Shown: positions 12,401 to 25,300 of the stretch, piece after piece | Numbering within the stretch: position 1 is the stretch's first letter | How the letters are laid out: the number at the start of each line of letters is the position of its first letter | NCBI GenBank assembly: GCA_965202585.1 | Contig: OZ241833.1 | Location: 5,084,001 to 5,148,000, forward strand | Direction of reading: 5' to 3' | Source: Thalia democratica | Lineage: Eukaryota | DNA: 64,000 bases | The notes under the pieces: model-generated | Told to the model about the DNA's origin: nothing | Seen by the model: only the letters and a program-made list of their open reading frames with translations | The model's database searches: none | Program-made: the position numbers and the translations under genes

Positions 12401-15400
12401 ACGTTGTTACAAAAGCAAACTTTGTGGAATTTTTTTTATAGTTGACACATTTAAATGAGTTAAAATTTCAAAATAATACCTTTGGAAGAAATCTCTTGCG
12501 TGGTTTAACTTTTGGAAATTGCTGACCACTGTCATTTTCTCGGAAAGAACCTTTTGCTAAATGAATTTTGATTTATTCTTGATATAAGTTTTAACAGATT
12601 TTTCTTGATCTTATAAAACCAAACTCAAAAGTTACGCAGGTTAACAGAACTTAATAAATTTTCTGTGTTGTTTTTGAGTAGTTAACTTGAATTTAAGCTT
12701 ATTTTATGTATCTTTTGATTTAAATTTTTTAAATTTCAAAGTTCTTCATCGATAACCAAACTATAAACTTTATAAAAGGGTTACATGACAATTCAAATTT
12801 GGACAACTCAAATTCGGACAATTCAAATTTTTGAAAAAATATTAAACACTATATCTCAAAAAGTAATATAAATTTGAAAAAAAAAGAAATAAAGCATATG
12901 AAGATCATGTTAAAACCTACAAGCCACTTTTTCGTTTTTGCAAAATCTTAACTATTATTTAAGATATTTTGATATTACTAAAAATAAGTATGTTTTTTTA
13001 AGCCATATCTCAAAGAATATTTAATATTTTGCAATAAGAAAAAAAACAGCTAAGATATAATATGACCTACATATGTATTTCTTATATTTGACAAATATGC
13101 ATTACTTTTTTAGTTGTGCCTCTTTCAATTTTTTTGTAAGAATTTGAATTGTCGGAATTTGAATTGTCCGAATTTGAATAGTAAATAATTTTATAAAAGT
13201 ATAAGTTTAAGTTTGTAGAAAGTATTTACGAATTTTTACCTTTACTGTTGCCACCAATGAGATCTGGCAATTTCCAGCCAACTACCAATGAAATTACCAG
13301 TATTACGACCGCCACCGTATAAATAATAAAAAATGATCCATTCGACGATAAAAAAGATATTGGTTCATCTGTTTAACAGTTATATTAAAAAAGAAACAGT
13401 TTTATAAAACATTAAAGTACTATTTTTAGTATTTAAATGATTTATTAAAATACACAATAACTTTACTACTTTTAACTTAAAAAAAAATTAAAGAGTTTTG
13501 TCAAATTAACAGCAATAATATAAAGTACAAACCACATTCTTTTTATATAAAAAGTAATAATTTACCAATTCCATTGTACTGATTGCTTTCTGGTATGTTT
13601 TCAAGCAAATGATTCACGATTCTACTCAAGGAGCTCTGTTGAAGACCATTGTTGTCAATGAACAGTTGGGCAACTGTTTTTGGATCTTGGCCAAGTTTAT
13701 ACTCGAACTTTAAAAACGGTCCTTCGCTTTTGGTGTCAATCAGAAACTCGTAAAACTTAGTTTCTGCATTAGATATTAATTATAGATAACTCTAATTTAT
13801 TTTTGAAAAAATTAATTATATTTCTTTATAAGTTTTCATACATAAGTAAGTTTTTTTATTAAGTACTCTTTTATTAATGAAACTTCTTTGAAGCTTTTCA
13901 AAAATACTTTGTCTTTGAAAACTTTTAAATTACGTAAAAAATCATTTCCTGCGAAGTTCTTGTTTTTTCTATGTAAAATTCATTCATATAAATAACCTTT
14001 AAAACGTTTATTTTTATGGGTTTACTTGATTATTTAGTTCGACATGAACTAAAGTTCTTTAAACCTTAAACCTATTTTTGCAGAAAAAAAATACTACGAT
14101 GTTCTCGTACTATCAAAACATTTATATACCATTTGAAATAAGTATATAGATTATCGAGGTTACACATTTTTATCTTTATTTAGTTTCACAAACATTTTGA
14201 AAACTATACAAAACTAATGGGCTACCCATTGCAACACAGTCTATTTGTTTATAGATTTTTCCACCGTAAAGGAAAATACTTTGGGAGCACAACTGTAAAT
14301 GTTTCTTAATGTATTTTGAGTAATTTTGGTTTCTTTGAAAATTGATTTGATATTTGTGTCATAAATTGTTGTTAATATGCCTTCGATTACTTCTTTTAGT
14401 GGAACGTGAATATATAGGCTTTTGATGTCTAAATAGCAAATCGTTTGAATGTTTTATATTTAGCTTAAACATTTTGTTAACAAATTCATTTGATGATGAA
14501 ACATTATATTTATCATACAAGCAAAATTTTTATTTGTTTTTCTAACCATTTAGCTAGATTGTTCTCTAGAGTGTTGATAACTGATAGTACTGATCTTTTT
14601 AGATAATTTTCTTAGGATGTTTTTACTACACCATATAATTTTCCCGGTTGTGAATCACGTGGATATATGTTATAATAGGTTTTTTGGCTTACTATATTTT
14701 TAGTATAATTTCTGCAATAGTAAATTACTTTGTTTTCTTGTATAATCCACGGGCTGATTTGCAATCTTTTGTGTTGATGAACTAGGATTATACTTATTTC
14801 TTCAAAACGGTTTTTGTCTAGAACAATTTTGTCTAACTTTTTGAAATAATCCGAATTATTTAAGACAACAACTCCATTATTCATTTTACATACAACTGTT
14901 GATGAGTTTCTTAAAAGGTTGCAAGTGTTTTCATTTATTTTGAAAAAGTCTAGAATAGTTTTGTCTAACTTGTTGAAATTATCCTTATTTAAGAGTCTAT
15001 ATTGGCACGTAATTTAACTTTGTCTATGTTTCTGGGTTAAATGCTATGTTTAAGTCCATATTTAAGAGCATTGTTTTCAGTAAGAAGTTGTTTCATATGT
15101 AAGTTTTCAAATAAGAACTTATAGAAATTAAAAATCAAAAATAAGTTGAACATAAATGTGACTCACACTGTCTTAATGTGCAGGATTGGGTAAACTTTTC
15201 TTATAAAACTTTTCTTTTGAAAACAACGTTAATAAGTATTTTTTTTGTAATTTATGGAAAGAATGAATAGGTACTGTAACTGTAAATAAATCAGTTTGTT
15301 TTTTACATATTGTAGTTCTTAATCCTTTAATAATACTTAAAAAGTTGATAAGGATTTTTTGAAAACTCTTTTAAACGAGTATTTTTCCTAAAATACTTAA

Positions 15401-15670
15401 CTGGTGATCACCAATGATCAAACAAAAATGTGAGTTACATTGTCTCACAGTGAATTAAAACTTATTTTTTAAATGCAAGTTTATGTATACTTTTTATTTT
15501 ATCTATAGAAATATAAACACCTACTATAAACTACTTAGTAATACTTATTAAGTAAAAAAATCCAAGCAACTTCTTTGGTATAACAGTACATATAATACTT
15601 GCCAAAAATACTAAAATAAAAAATATTTAAATGAAAACGTACCTGCTGTATTTCTTTCTGTTAAGTTCAT
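9434..15670 (-). CDS. Putative single-pass membrane protein with an N-terminal PFU-like (PLAA/Doa1 ubiquitin-binding) domain and a Lys/Glu repeat tail, about 440-460 aa
   Basis: Exons (minus): 15670-15643, 13763-13566, 13368-13240, 12556-12480, 12374-12312, optionally 10925-10860 (weak donor), 10745-10517, 10032-9434; phases match. Exon 2 (FYEFLIDTKSEGPFLKFEYKLGQDPKTVAQLFIDNNGLQQSSLSRIVNHLLEN) aligns without gaps to the PLAA PFU as I recall it. Exon 3 has a 21-aa hydrophobic run (SFFIIYTVAVVILVISLVVGW). The exact 5' and 3' ends are less certain. Confidence 0.7.
9630..9965 (-). repeat. Coding 36-bp minisatellite (12-aa unit IKEEPKTIEVNK), about 9 units
   Basis: Visible in ORF 9434-10066; the + strand repeats ttgacttcaatagtttttggttcttcttttatttta. 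Confidence 0.9.
11785..12206. mobile_element. Foldback/hairpin element with arms of about 200 bp
   Basis: ttaaacagtattctttctttattacacta... mirrored by ...tagtgtaataaagaaagaatactgtttaa, with a spacer of about 30 bp. A single-arm relic lies near 58925-59047. Confidence 0.85.
12778..13189. mobile_element. MITE with 12-bp subterminal repeats and 8-9 bp TSD (Mutator- or Merlin-like)
   Basis: Left gggttacatgac plus three ggacaattcaaatt-like units, mirrored on the right; flanks (t)ttataaaa on both sides. A related end lies at 37150-37210. Confidence 0.8.
14080..15120 (-). mobile_element. Decayed Penelope-like retroelement, reverse transcriptase fragment (in intron 1 of the PFU-TM gene)
   Basis: Frameshifted and stop-interrupted motifs IYPRDSQPGKLYG, YLDIKSLYIHVPLKEVI and a degraded equivalent of VAMGSPL, typical of PLE RTs. 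Includes track ORF 14612-14884. Confidence 0.8.
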
Positions 15671-16899
15671 TTAATTTATCTTCTTAGAACTGGTGCTGAT
15701 ACTTTTTTTTAATTAGATCAAATTATAGCATAAAATATTTTTGATCAAAATGCAGTTATTTTATTTTGAATTAAAAATAAGTTTTTTAAATCATATCATT
15801 GATAAACGTCATAAAAGATGCTTAATTATAGAAAAAGTTTCACTTTATAACCTTACAAAAATATTTTAGATTACTTTCTGGTGAAAAAATCTAAATTTTT
15901 GCTTGAAAAATCCTTGGAAGGAAAAACAATATGGCTACAGTTATATAGCTGGCTGGATTATTTTCAAATCAAAGTTCTTATAAATAAAGCTTCTCAAAGT
16001 CTAGCAGCTATTTTGAAACTTATGCTTTTTTTTAAGACTAGACGCATTTTGAGTTAAGTACAAAAGTTTAAACTGTGGCAACTTTGATAACTGAAATTAA
16101 TGTAATGAAAAATGTTTAAAGTATGGTAACAAAAAAATTAGCTAGAAAAACTTTATCGGAATTCTTTCTTAGTTCTCATATATTTTATCTAAAGAACAAC
16201 AGAGCTTCTGTTAAAGCTAACAGACATGAAAAACAAACTAATTTGTGTTGAGTTTTCAAAAGATTACAGACTAAAAATGAAATTAATTATTTCAGTGTTA
16301 GTGATAAACATTTAGAACGTATATCTTAATTTTAAGCTTGATTCACTAAAACTTTGAATGACTAAATCAAACCGTTTCTCCAACTATACAAAATTTTATT
16401 TCAAAGTTTAAATCGCAACATCAATTAGAGTCCTTAGGACACTATTCTGATTAAGTGCTATAAATAATAGACAGATTTATTTTTGAATAAGTGGTCTACA
16501 GATCAACAAATAAGAGTCCATATCATTTTTAGAAGTATAATTCCGTTTAGCTAGAAATTTTCAAAACAGTGAATGCTAAATTGTTTGCATCTTCTTTTTT
16601 AGCTAACAAACAGTATTTTTTAAGAGATTAATTATTTTTTCAAATTTTGTCAGCACTTTAATAGAGTAAAGAAATATTTGGTTAATTAATTAAGCAATAA
16701 AAAAACTCCATTAAAGTTTGAACAAAAAAAAATACACAAAAAACAAAAATAATTATAATTGTATGTCATGTATAGAAGTGCGACTATGATCCAAACCATC
16801 GACATGCTCTTTTTAAAAAATCAGTTAAAAAAACATTGCAAACAAATTATTAGATGAAAGTTTGCTATTGCGGTTTTAGTTAAATACATTTGTATACTT

Positions 16900-17650
16900 G
16901 ATAATGACAACAAAAAAGTTATGGACATTAGTCTGCTATTGTACTTGTTAAAAACAAACTAGGTAAAACAAATATGTTTCAACAAATTTTCATCAGGGTG
17001 ATATAATGGAAAAAGTATATCGTGCTGCAAAACCTAGAGTTATTTTTACATTAAGTTCTGTTTTGAGTCCTACAAGTAAAAACCTCATATCTAACAAACA
17101 TCAAAGCTGTGTGGTTTACACGTTTAAATGCTGATGTTTAAACAGTTATATTGGTCAAACCTCTAGGCACCTTGAAACCAGAATTAAAGAGCACATTCTA
17201 AACTCTAAAGTGAGTAAGAGAACATACTAATAACCAGCCAAAGACAATTAAAAAGCAATAAATAGATATTCAGTGTCAGAACATTTAGTTAAAAGTCCAT
17301 TTGTGGAAAAAGTTATAAGACAAAACTTAAAATATTAAGAAGTTATAACAATTTTTTACCAGGTCAAAATTGAAGCTATAAAAATTCATTTAAATTAAAC
17401 AAATTTATGTAAGCACAAAAATTTTGATTATACATTATCATTTTTTAGTCAATTAGTGCTCTCATGTTATATCTAATTATGTTTACTTAAGATTTCAATT
17501 AATTTTTTTGTTTTGATTGATAAACTAATTTCTGATGCAACTATAAGACTATATAAGTTTGAATTTTTCTTTATTTAGTAACAATTGTATCACACTGATG
17601 AAAATTTGTTGAAATATATTAGTTCAGTAAAATACCCTTGTTTTTTTCAT
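16900..17650 (+). mobile_element. Decayed Penelope-like retroelement 3' end: GIY-YIG endonuclease plus pseudo-LTR with hammerhead-like core
   Basis: 17000-17450 translates as SCVVYTFKC*CLNSYIGQTSRHLETRIKEH..SEHL..EAIKI..LCKHK. The tail carries CACA-CTGATGA-N9-GAAA-TATATT at 17591-17624. Confidence 0.85.
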
Positions 17651-18919
17651 CAAGAAAAAAATTGCTAATGTTTGTTAACCTTTAATCTACGTATCAGTTA
17701 TTATTTAGAAATGTAGATTTACTACAATTTTTTCTTGACATGTTGCCTGGAGCTTATGTATTTTTAGGAAACATTTGTTATAAGTTAGTTCCGATTACTT
17801 TTTTAATTTAAGACGTTTTGTTTGAGCAACGAAATAATTAAAAACGTCGCTCATAATCATTTCGATTATTTTAATTAAGACACGGTATTATTGCAATAAT
17901 GACAGATCAGGTGGACCGCTTCTTAGCTTACAACTATTTTAAACAATTATAAAACTTTTTCAAATAAAGTTCTATTAAAATAAGATTTATAATTTTAGGA
18001 CCCGCTTTACGGTGAAACAGTATTCTTGAAATAATAAAACTTTTGCCTTGAACCTCCTTCTTGGATAGAATACTCTGTCAAATTTGTATTTATTATTTCT
18101 TATCAAATTTAAACTGTTATTTTGTAACATTTATTTCAAAGCGTTAATTTTATTTTATCATACTGTTACCAATTCAGTTATTATTTATTTTTCTCGATCA
18201 TTTACCTTTAAACTGATCTAATAAAAATACATAAAATCATAACTTTATAAAATATTTAATTCTAAAAGCAAGGAATTAGATGTTTTATTTATACAAAAAA
18301 ATAACAAAACTCTGTTGGAAATAATTTTATTTATTCATTCTAATTTAAAAAAGCGATAAACATAAAAGTTAAAATTCTGTTAAGAAAAATGGACTAATTT
18401 ATAAGAAACTATTTGGAGTTTAGGGAAAGCAATATTTGTCGGCCCTCGGTAAAAATTCAATTTCATCTTAGAACTGCATTTAATTACGCCTATTTTTCTT
18501 TAACTATAAAAAGCAGGACAGATTATACATACTTGACTTTAGAACAATTCACAAACATAATTTTCAAACGTGCTTTAAGGTTTTAATCAAGTAAGGGAGT
18601 ATTTGTTTATATAACAGCACATAATGTTCCAGTACATTTTTCAATATGCCCAATTCCTCTGTACACCAGGTACACCATTTCAAATAGCTGCTAATTCGCT
18701 AAATACGTTTATACTGGCTTGCAACACTTTAATTTTACTTACAACTTAATTTTCACACCTTAAATAAAACTATTAGACTATATTAAGCATTCCTAACAGC
18801 ATTACATACTAACTTATAATCTAACCTGTTTCTTTAACGTTATGAAGTTGTAAAAGCTTTAACTTTAATCATAAAACTTCATTATTACATTATCAAAAAC
18901 AGGAAGGACCCAGCTTCAT

Positions 18920-19260
18920 TCTGGTTAAACAACTAGCTCTTATTAGTGCCCGGGGGACAAGTGTGTAATGGTAGAAGAACCAGTAAATATGTATTACCAA
19001 TTCAAAATGATTTACAAAACTCAAAGAATTCTAAAGAAAGTACTTAATTGAACTAGCGGAAACGGACTTGATCGAAATACAAAAACTTATGGAAACAAAG
19101 AAAAAAAGAACGTCTAAGCAAACTTCTGTCCGTGGACATTAACTAATCATCAAACATGGGACCAGCTACTGGAAATGAACTATTGGAAATGTAATTAAAT
19201 GACAAGCTAATAACCTAATTCGATTCCAAACAGATTAAAACCAAACAACATTAAGATCGA
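18920..19260 (+). mobile_element. Possible highly decayed non-LTR retrotransposon C-terminal fragment (RTE-like?)
   Basis: Interrupted peptides QRILKKVLN* and TWDQLLEMNYWK loosely resemble the K..L.W and TW....DR..W motifs at LINE ORF ends. Weak. Confidence 0.3.
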
Positions 19261-19321
19261 CAAAAGTGAAAAGTTTAATAAACAGGTTGGCAGGTTGCCT
19301 GCAAATTCAATCGGCTAATTT

Positions 19322-22300
19322 TTACTGGCAGGCAGCTTCTGCGAATTGTACTATTTCCTCCAAAACGTCAGCAGCATCGTCGTAGCATCTCTGCTCGTCA
19401 CGCCTGCTCTGATTGGTCGGCTCATCACGGGTACTCTGGTCAATCAGCTCCTCATTGGCGCCCTGGTTTGTCTGCTCGTCACGCCTGCTCTGATTGGTCA
19501 GCTCCTCATCGGCGCTCTGATTGGTCACCTCCTCATCAGCGCTCTGATTGGTCGGCTCCTCATCGCTGCTCTGGTTGGTCATCTCCTCATCGCTGCTCTG
19601 GTTGGTCATCTCCTCATCAGCGCTCTGATTGGTCGGCTCATCATCGGCGCTCTGTAAAATTAAATAGAATATGAATATTTGCTATTGCACTTTTATTAAT
19701 TTGGATAACTTTTTGAACAAACTAGATATGTTTTCCTTAATTAGAAATTTGCGTTAAAGTATTTAAATTCCTTTTTAATTGGTTTTAATACCTTAAAACC
19801 TGAAATTTTTCAATACTAAATTAAAAACACCATAATCATCTACCTAATTACATTCTTCAGTGATGTAGAGGAGTTTTGGTAGAGTTACAGTATCTAGATA
19901 CGTGATATGTATATATGCTGTTTTATAAATCCCGCTTGTAAAATTTATAACTTGTAACATTACATTTAACTAGTTCTTAAACTCCTTAATACTCCGTAAT
20001 AGTGTTATAAGCAAACAGTAAAAACGCACCAAAGCTTGCGGAAGACCAGTAGCCTTGTCATGTTTGTCTTCATGCAAACTTACTTCATTGGCGCTCTGTA
20101 AAATTAAATACAATAAATATATATCGATTTCTCAAATTTCAGGTTTTCCAGGATTGCAGGTTTTTTGTCCACCCTGTATAGATCTACAGTTTTTTTTTTA
20201 TTTAGTTCTTAAATTCATTTGGTGATTTAACACAAGTATGCATGTATCATATTTAATTCAACCTCAAGCGAATACGTAGTACAAATAGTGGAAAGATTAC
20301 CCACCAAAACTTGCGGAAGACCAGAAACGTCATCATCTTTAGTGGCATCTTCATCATGTTTGTCTTCGTGCAAACTTGCTTCATTGGCATCAGCTGAATG
20401 TGAGGACATATTTTCTTCTTGCATTGAAGCATCATTTGGAGCATTGAAAGTTTTTCTTGGCTTATTGCAACCTTCGTTTTCTATAGATAATTTAAATAAT
20501 TTACTTGAAGAATTCTTCCTTTTTTTGATTCTGCCTGTTTAGACAAGAATTACTTACTAGCTTGACATAATAGCTTGCACTTTTTAATTACTTTTATAAA
20601 CTTAAACGCTTTCTATAAATTACATATATTGGTTAGTTAGTTCAAAAGGTATATTAAAAATGCATGGAAATTTTAAAAACATTAGACTGTTATAAGCCCT
20701 AAAACAAGATTTCAAACAATTAACATTATAATTATAAATATATAAACTTTTAACACTTCAAGTAGAGATAAACTTTATGCTAAAACACCTTAGCATAAGT
20801 TATAGAGTTTACAAGTTTTCTATCAAAACAGCAAGACTTACGTAAACTTTCGTTTGTAAGTGTTATTTTGTTTTTTTCACGCCACTCCAACGTACGATTC
20901 TTAGTGAGGACTGGACGGTTGTCTACTTCATCGAGGCATTTTTCCTGTAAATCAGCAGTTTTTCAAGAAAATATAAATACATTATTATATTCGTAACAGC
21001 AACTATTTATCATCAACTTAGAAATAGCACAATTGGTGCTCTGATAAAAAATTATCGATTTGTTTGAATAATCTTACACTGTTACGGTTTAATACATTTC
21101 TTGGCATAACCTATGTATCTAAACTAAGTAAGTATTGTGAATAGTTGAATAATTTAAATTTTAGGCGGAAGACAACCAAGTCCGGCTAGATATAAAAAGA
21201 TTGTATATTTGTTTGAAAATAGTTAATAATATGTTATGTTTCAATTACTTTAATAAAGATATTTATCAAATAATTTCAATTTATACTACCTCCGCTGCTA
21301 CACTTTCCACTTCATTTGCATTTTCTTTTTCAGCAATTTTTTCATGCGATGGTTGCTTATCTTCGATCGAGAAAATTCTAGAAAGTATTTATTTTCTTAA
21401 GCTTTTATACTTTTTTAAACAAATATTTACATACAAAACATATACATAAAATTTTTTAAGAATCCATCTGTTATTGAAATTAAAGAAATGTTTTTCTACT
21501 TAATTGCAAATTTACAAGCTTATGTCATGAGAACTTACAGAGATGAATTCGCATTGCTAGTCTCCAACGTTTCCAGCGATGCGTCGGCTTCCTTGGTGTC
21601 TACTGCCACTTCGCTTTCTTCATTGGTATCTTCTGCCAGCTTGCCTTCTTCCTTGGGGTCTACTGCCATTTCGCTGTCTTCATTGGTGTCTTCTGCCATT
21701 TCGCTGTCTTCATTGGCGTCTTCTGCCAGCTTGCCTTCTTCATTGGGGTCTACTGCCATTTCGTTGTCTTCTGCCAGCTCGCTTTCCGTTGTGCTCATGT
21801 TCACTTCTTCCTTCTCATCTGAGACGTGAGCGCTTTGCGTGGAAGTTTCTTCATCTGCGGTGCTCTCTTCTTCAACTTCACTCGTCTGCTCCTGGCAGGC
21901 CGGTTCGTTTGCACCATCGTTGACTACGACGCCGTCTGCTCCACCGCTGATGTTAAGATTCTCATCTGAATTTTCCACGTTTTCGCTTGAAGCGGTTTCT
22001 TCGGTTGCTTGAGCTTTACTTGTTATTTCAGCAACCACCGCCTTCAGTGATGACAGCTCTTCTTGCACCTTCTTCATGTACTTATCAGAACAAGCCTTCT
22101 CGAACTTCTCCAATCTCTTCTCTGCGTGTTTTAAAATAAGTTACTACTTTTGAAAGAACAAACAAATCAAATTTGGTGAGTTAAAACTACCCAATTGGGC
22201 TTCAACTTCCTTCTTAGCGAGCTTCTTCACTTCTATCTGCAACGAATTTTGGTGTTGCTCCATTACCTTCTTTAGTTTATCTGTAAGAATTACATTTATC

Positions 22301-25300
22301 AGAATTATTTACTTGATATTTCTTGGTTTTGATAGGCTAACTACAGGGTTGCCACTCGTTTTTTCAAAAATTTTTCTAGGTTTTCTAAATGTTTTTTGGA
22401 CTATTTTTAGTTAAGTTTAAGGTAAGAAACTGTGTTAAATACTATAAAAAACATTAAAATGATACTGTTAAGCTACTTTATATGTGTTTATAAAAAAAAA
22501 AAATTGATGATGTTTATTTATATGATATATTTTTTGAGTCAAATCTAAATTTCACTACTTAACATGTGAAAATTGTTAAAATTCCAAATTTTTTTAGTGA
22601 TATTTGTTCAAAATTCCAGGTTTTTTCAGGTTTTCAGGTAAAGTGGCAACCTTGTTACTAATATTCTTTAATTTACTTACTTTGGTCAAAAATAAAAAAG
22701 CATAAGTACATAAATATATTGTTATTTAAATAGTGCAAAATTGACAGTAAAATTTATATTTAATTAATAAGTATACTAAAACTACATTATGGTATTCTAT
22801 CAAGTGTAAAAATAAAAGATTCTAAAATTTGTACCATTTCAATTATAAAAACATTAGTTAGTTTAAATTAAATACTAACAGTTGATGATTGACAACTAAA
22901 ATAGTGTTTTTATATGCACTCATTAATTTGGATTATACAGAAAAAAATCGTTATCGAGTGAGATTGTCAACTTTAATTGAAAAACATATCCTAAAAATAC
23001 AACTTTTCAGTTAAGTCTAGTAAGATTTAACACAAATTAATTGCAAACAACATACCTTGTTCGAAAACAACGAGTTTTTTTGACTCGTCTTTCAGCATTT
23101 TAAGAACATCATTCCTTTTGATAGCTGCCAGATTCAATTGCTTCATCATTTCTTGGCCTATTTAAAAAAAAAAACATTTTATAGACATCATTTTTTTTAA
23201 TAAATATTTTATATTTTCTAATGTGTCTTTTGAGAGTTTTTTTTCACATATCTATCCGAATAATCAATTTAAACTGCTGTAAAATAAATAGTTCAACAAA
23301 CAAAACGGTCACTAACAGTTATTTACTTCTTTATAAACTTAGTAAGTTGCTAAACTAAATTCAGAAGCTTACTTGTTTGCTGGAAAATGAGCCGTTTTTC
23401 CTTTTCGAACCACTTCTTGTCAAACGACAAGCCTCTTTGAACGTTTGGAGATGCTTCGTCAGTGACATTTTCATCTTCAGCAATGCTCTAAAAAATGTTT
23501 ATAATGTTTTTAAAAAATTTGTCTCGGCATTTTAAGCCATATACTTTTGACTACTAGGTTCAAATAATCAAGTAAAAAACTGTAAGTTCAACTTTTTTTT
23601 GCCTTGCTTTGATTAGAGAGAGTTTATAGGTAGACTAAGTAGAGAAGTGTAAATATGTTTATAAATATATATACATGAATAGAATTTGGTTGACATAAAC
23701 ATGAAAAGAAAAAAAAGGTTTGCAAATAATCTAGGAAAAAATTATATAGTAAAATAATGAAAAAAAACTTTAGTAATAAAAAGCAGCAAATCATATGAAT
23801 GACACTTTCAATTACTTGCAATTGACTGTTTAAATATTTATTGGATTAACACAAAGTTTTTGACTATTTTAGCAAAATCAATATTTTTCTAAGAAAAACA
23901 AGTTTTTAATTGACAACGTATGTAGCAAAACACTCAGCCACAAGTAGAGTGGCTTCAGACAAGATTAAAATACAAAGTTAAGGATAAAGATCAGAGATTA
24001 GTGCTTGAAAACAAGTATGTCCAAGTATGTTGTTACTCAAACAGTCTTAATGTCACACAAACTAAGTTAAGTTCAGCTATCAAAACTAACCTGGCGAGTT
24101 TTGGACCGTTTGGATTTTTTTGCACGAGAAGGAGTGACCTCGATAGGTTTAGAGCAATTTTTTTCATAAAACAATTTCATTATTCGAGAATCAGTTAGGT
24201 CGACGTTGTTGGCAGGCGTAGAGGGTGTCTTTAATAATAAATTTAATGACAAAATTGTTCTCAACTTGAAAAAATTAGTCAAGTTTATAGTTTGGCAAGG
24301 GTTGCAACTCTTTGAAACAAACAATTTAGCCTGATTTTAAACGAAATTTACTTTAATAAAAGTTTTAATACTTAGATAAATCATAGTAATAACAAAGGGA
24401 CTTATATCTCAAATAAATGTATTATTTTGAAAAGGGGTAACTATTTTCTTATTTTATTTACTTTAACATTTATGAAAACATCCAAACAAGTTTTGTAAAA
24501 CACTTGCACTTAATAAAACTTCAAACACTTACATAGTTTTCAATAAAACTTTAATTAGTCTAGGTGGCCTGAGTGAGTGACAACCTTTTTGTATAACTTT
24601 TAATTTACTGTGAATGATTTTCAAGAAACTACTATTTGTTGTAAAAAAATTATAATGAATTTAGTAATCGCTTTTTACAAAAAGTAACAAATTAATAGAA
24701 GTATTTGTATATGATCGAACCTATCTAAATTTTTTATTAATTTCAACTAAAAAATATATTATTAAAAAAATGTGATTAAACATTTTTTTTAATTACTTTT
24801 ATTTTAACTTATATTTTATGAAAATCGGTAAAGTTTCTATAGCTCTAAACATAACTTTACTTTAAATTATCTGGTGTTTTCAACAAAAAAACTATTTTAA
24901 TAGAATATATATTTAGATTATTCTTAGTCTAACCTTATGTAATAAGATAATACTTCCACATACAAAAAAAAATTAACAAATAAGTAGAACTTTAAAACTA
25001 AACTACTTGTTATTTTAATTATTACGTATTTATTTTTATGAACTATTATCTAAATGGACTCAATAGTTTTTTTAAGAATAGCAAGGTGTTGCAACTTAGA
25101 TTTTTATAGGAGATTGGACACAAAATAAAGATTAGGGTAAAAGAGGGAAGGTAAATCAGGTGAGCACATTATTTAATAAAAATACTTTGATTCGGTTGAG
25201 AGACAATGCAGTAAGTTTATCTAGACTAGGGTTTCCCAGAGTGGGCCGTTAGCAGCAAAGAGATGAGGTCATAATGAGATATTCTGGAGATGATGATGAA

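Noticed and set aside
19346-19674. + strand ORFs 19346-19657 and 19468-19674
   Set aside because: Antisense shadows of the 27-bp coding repeat.
21488-21923. + strand ORFs 21488-21829 and 21579-21923
   Set aside because: Antisense shadows of the 30-bp acidic repeat exon.
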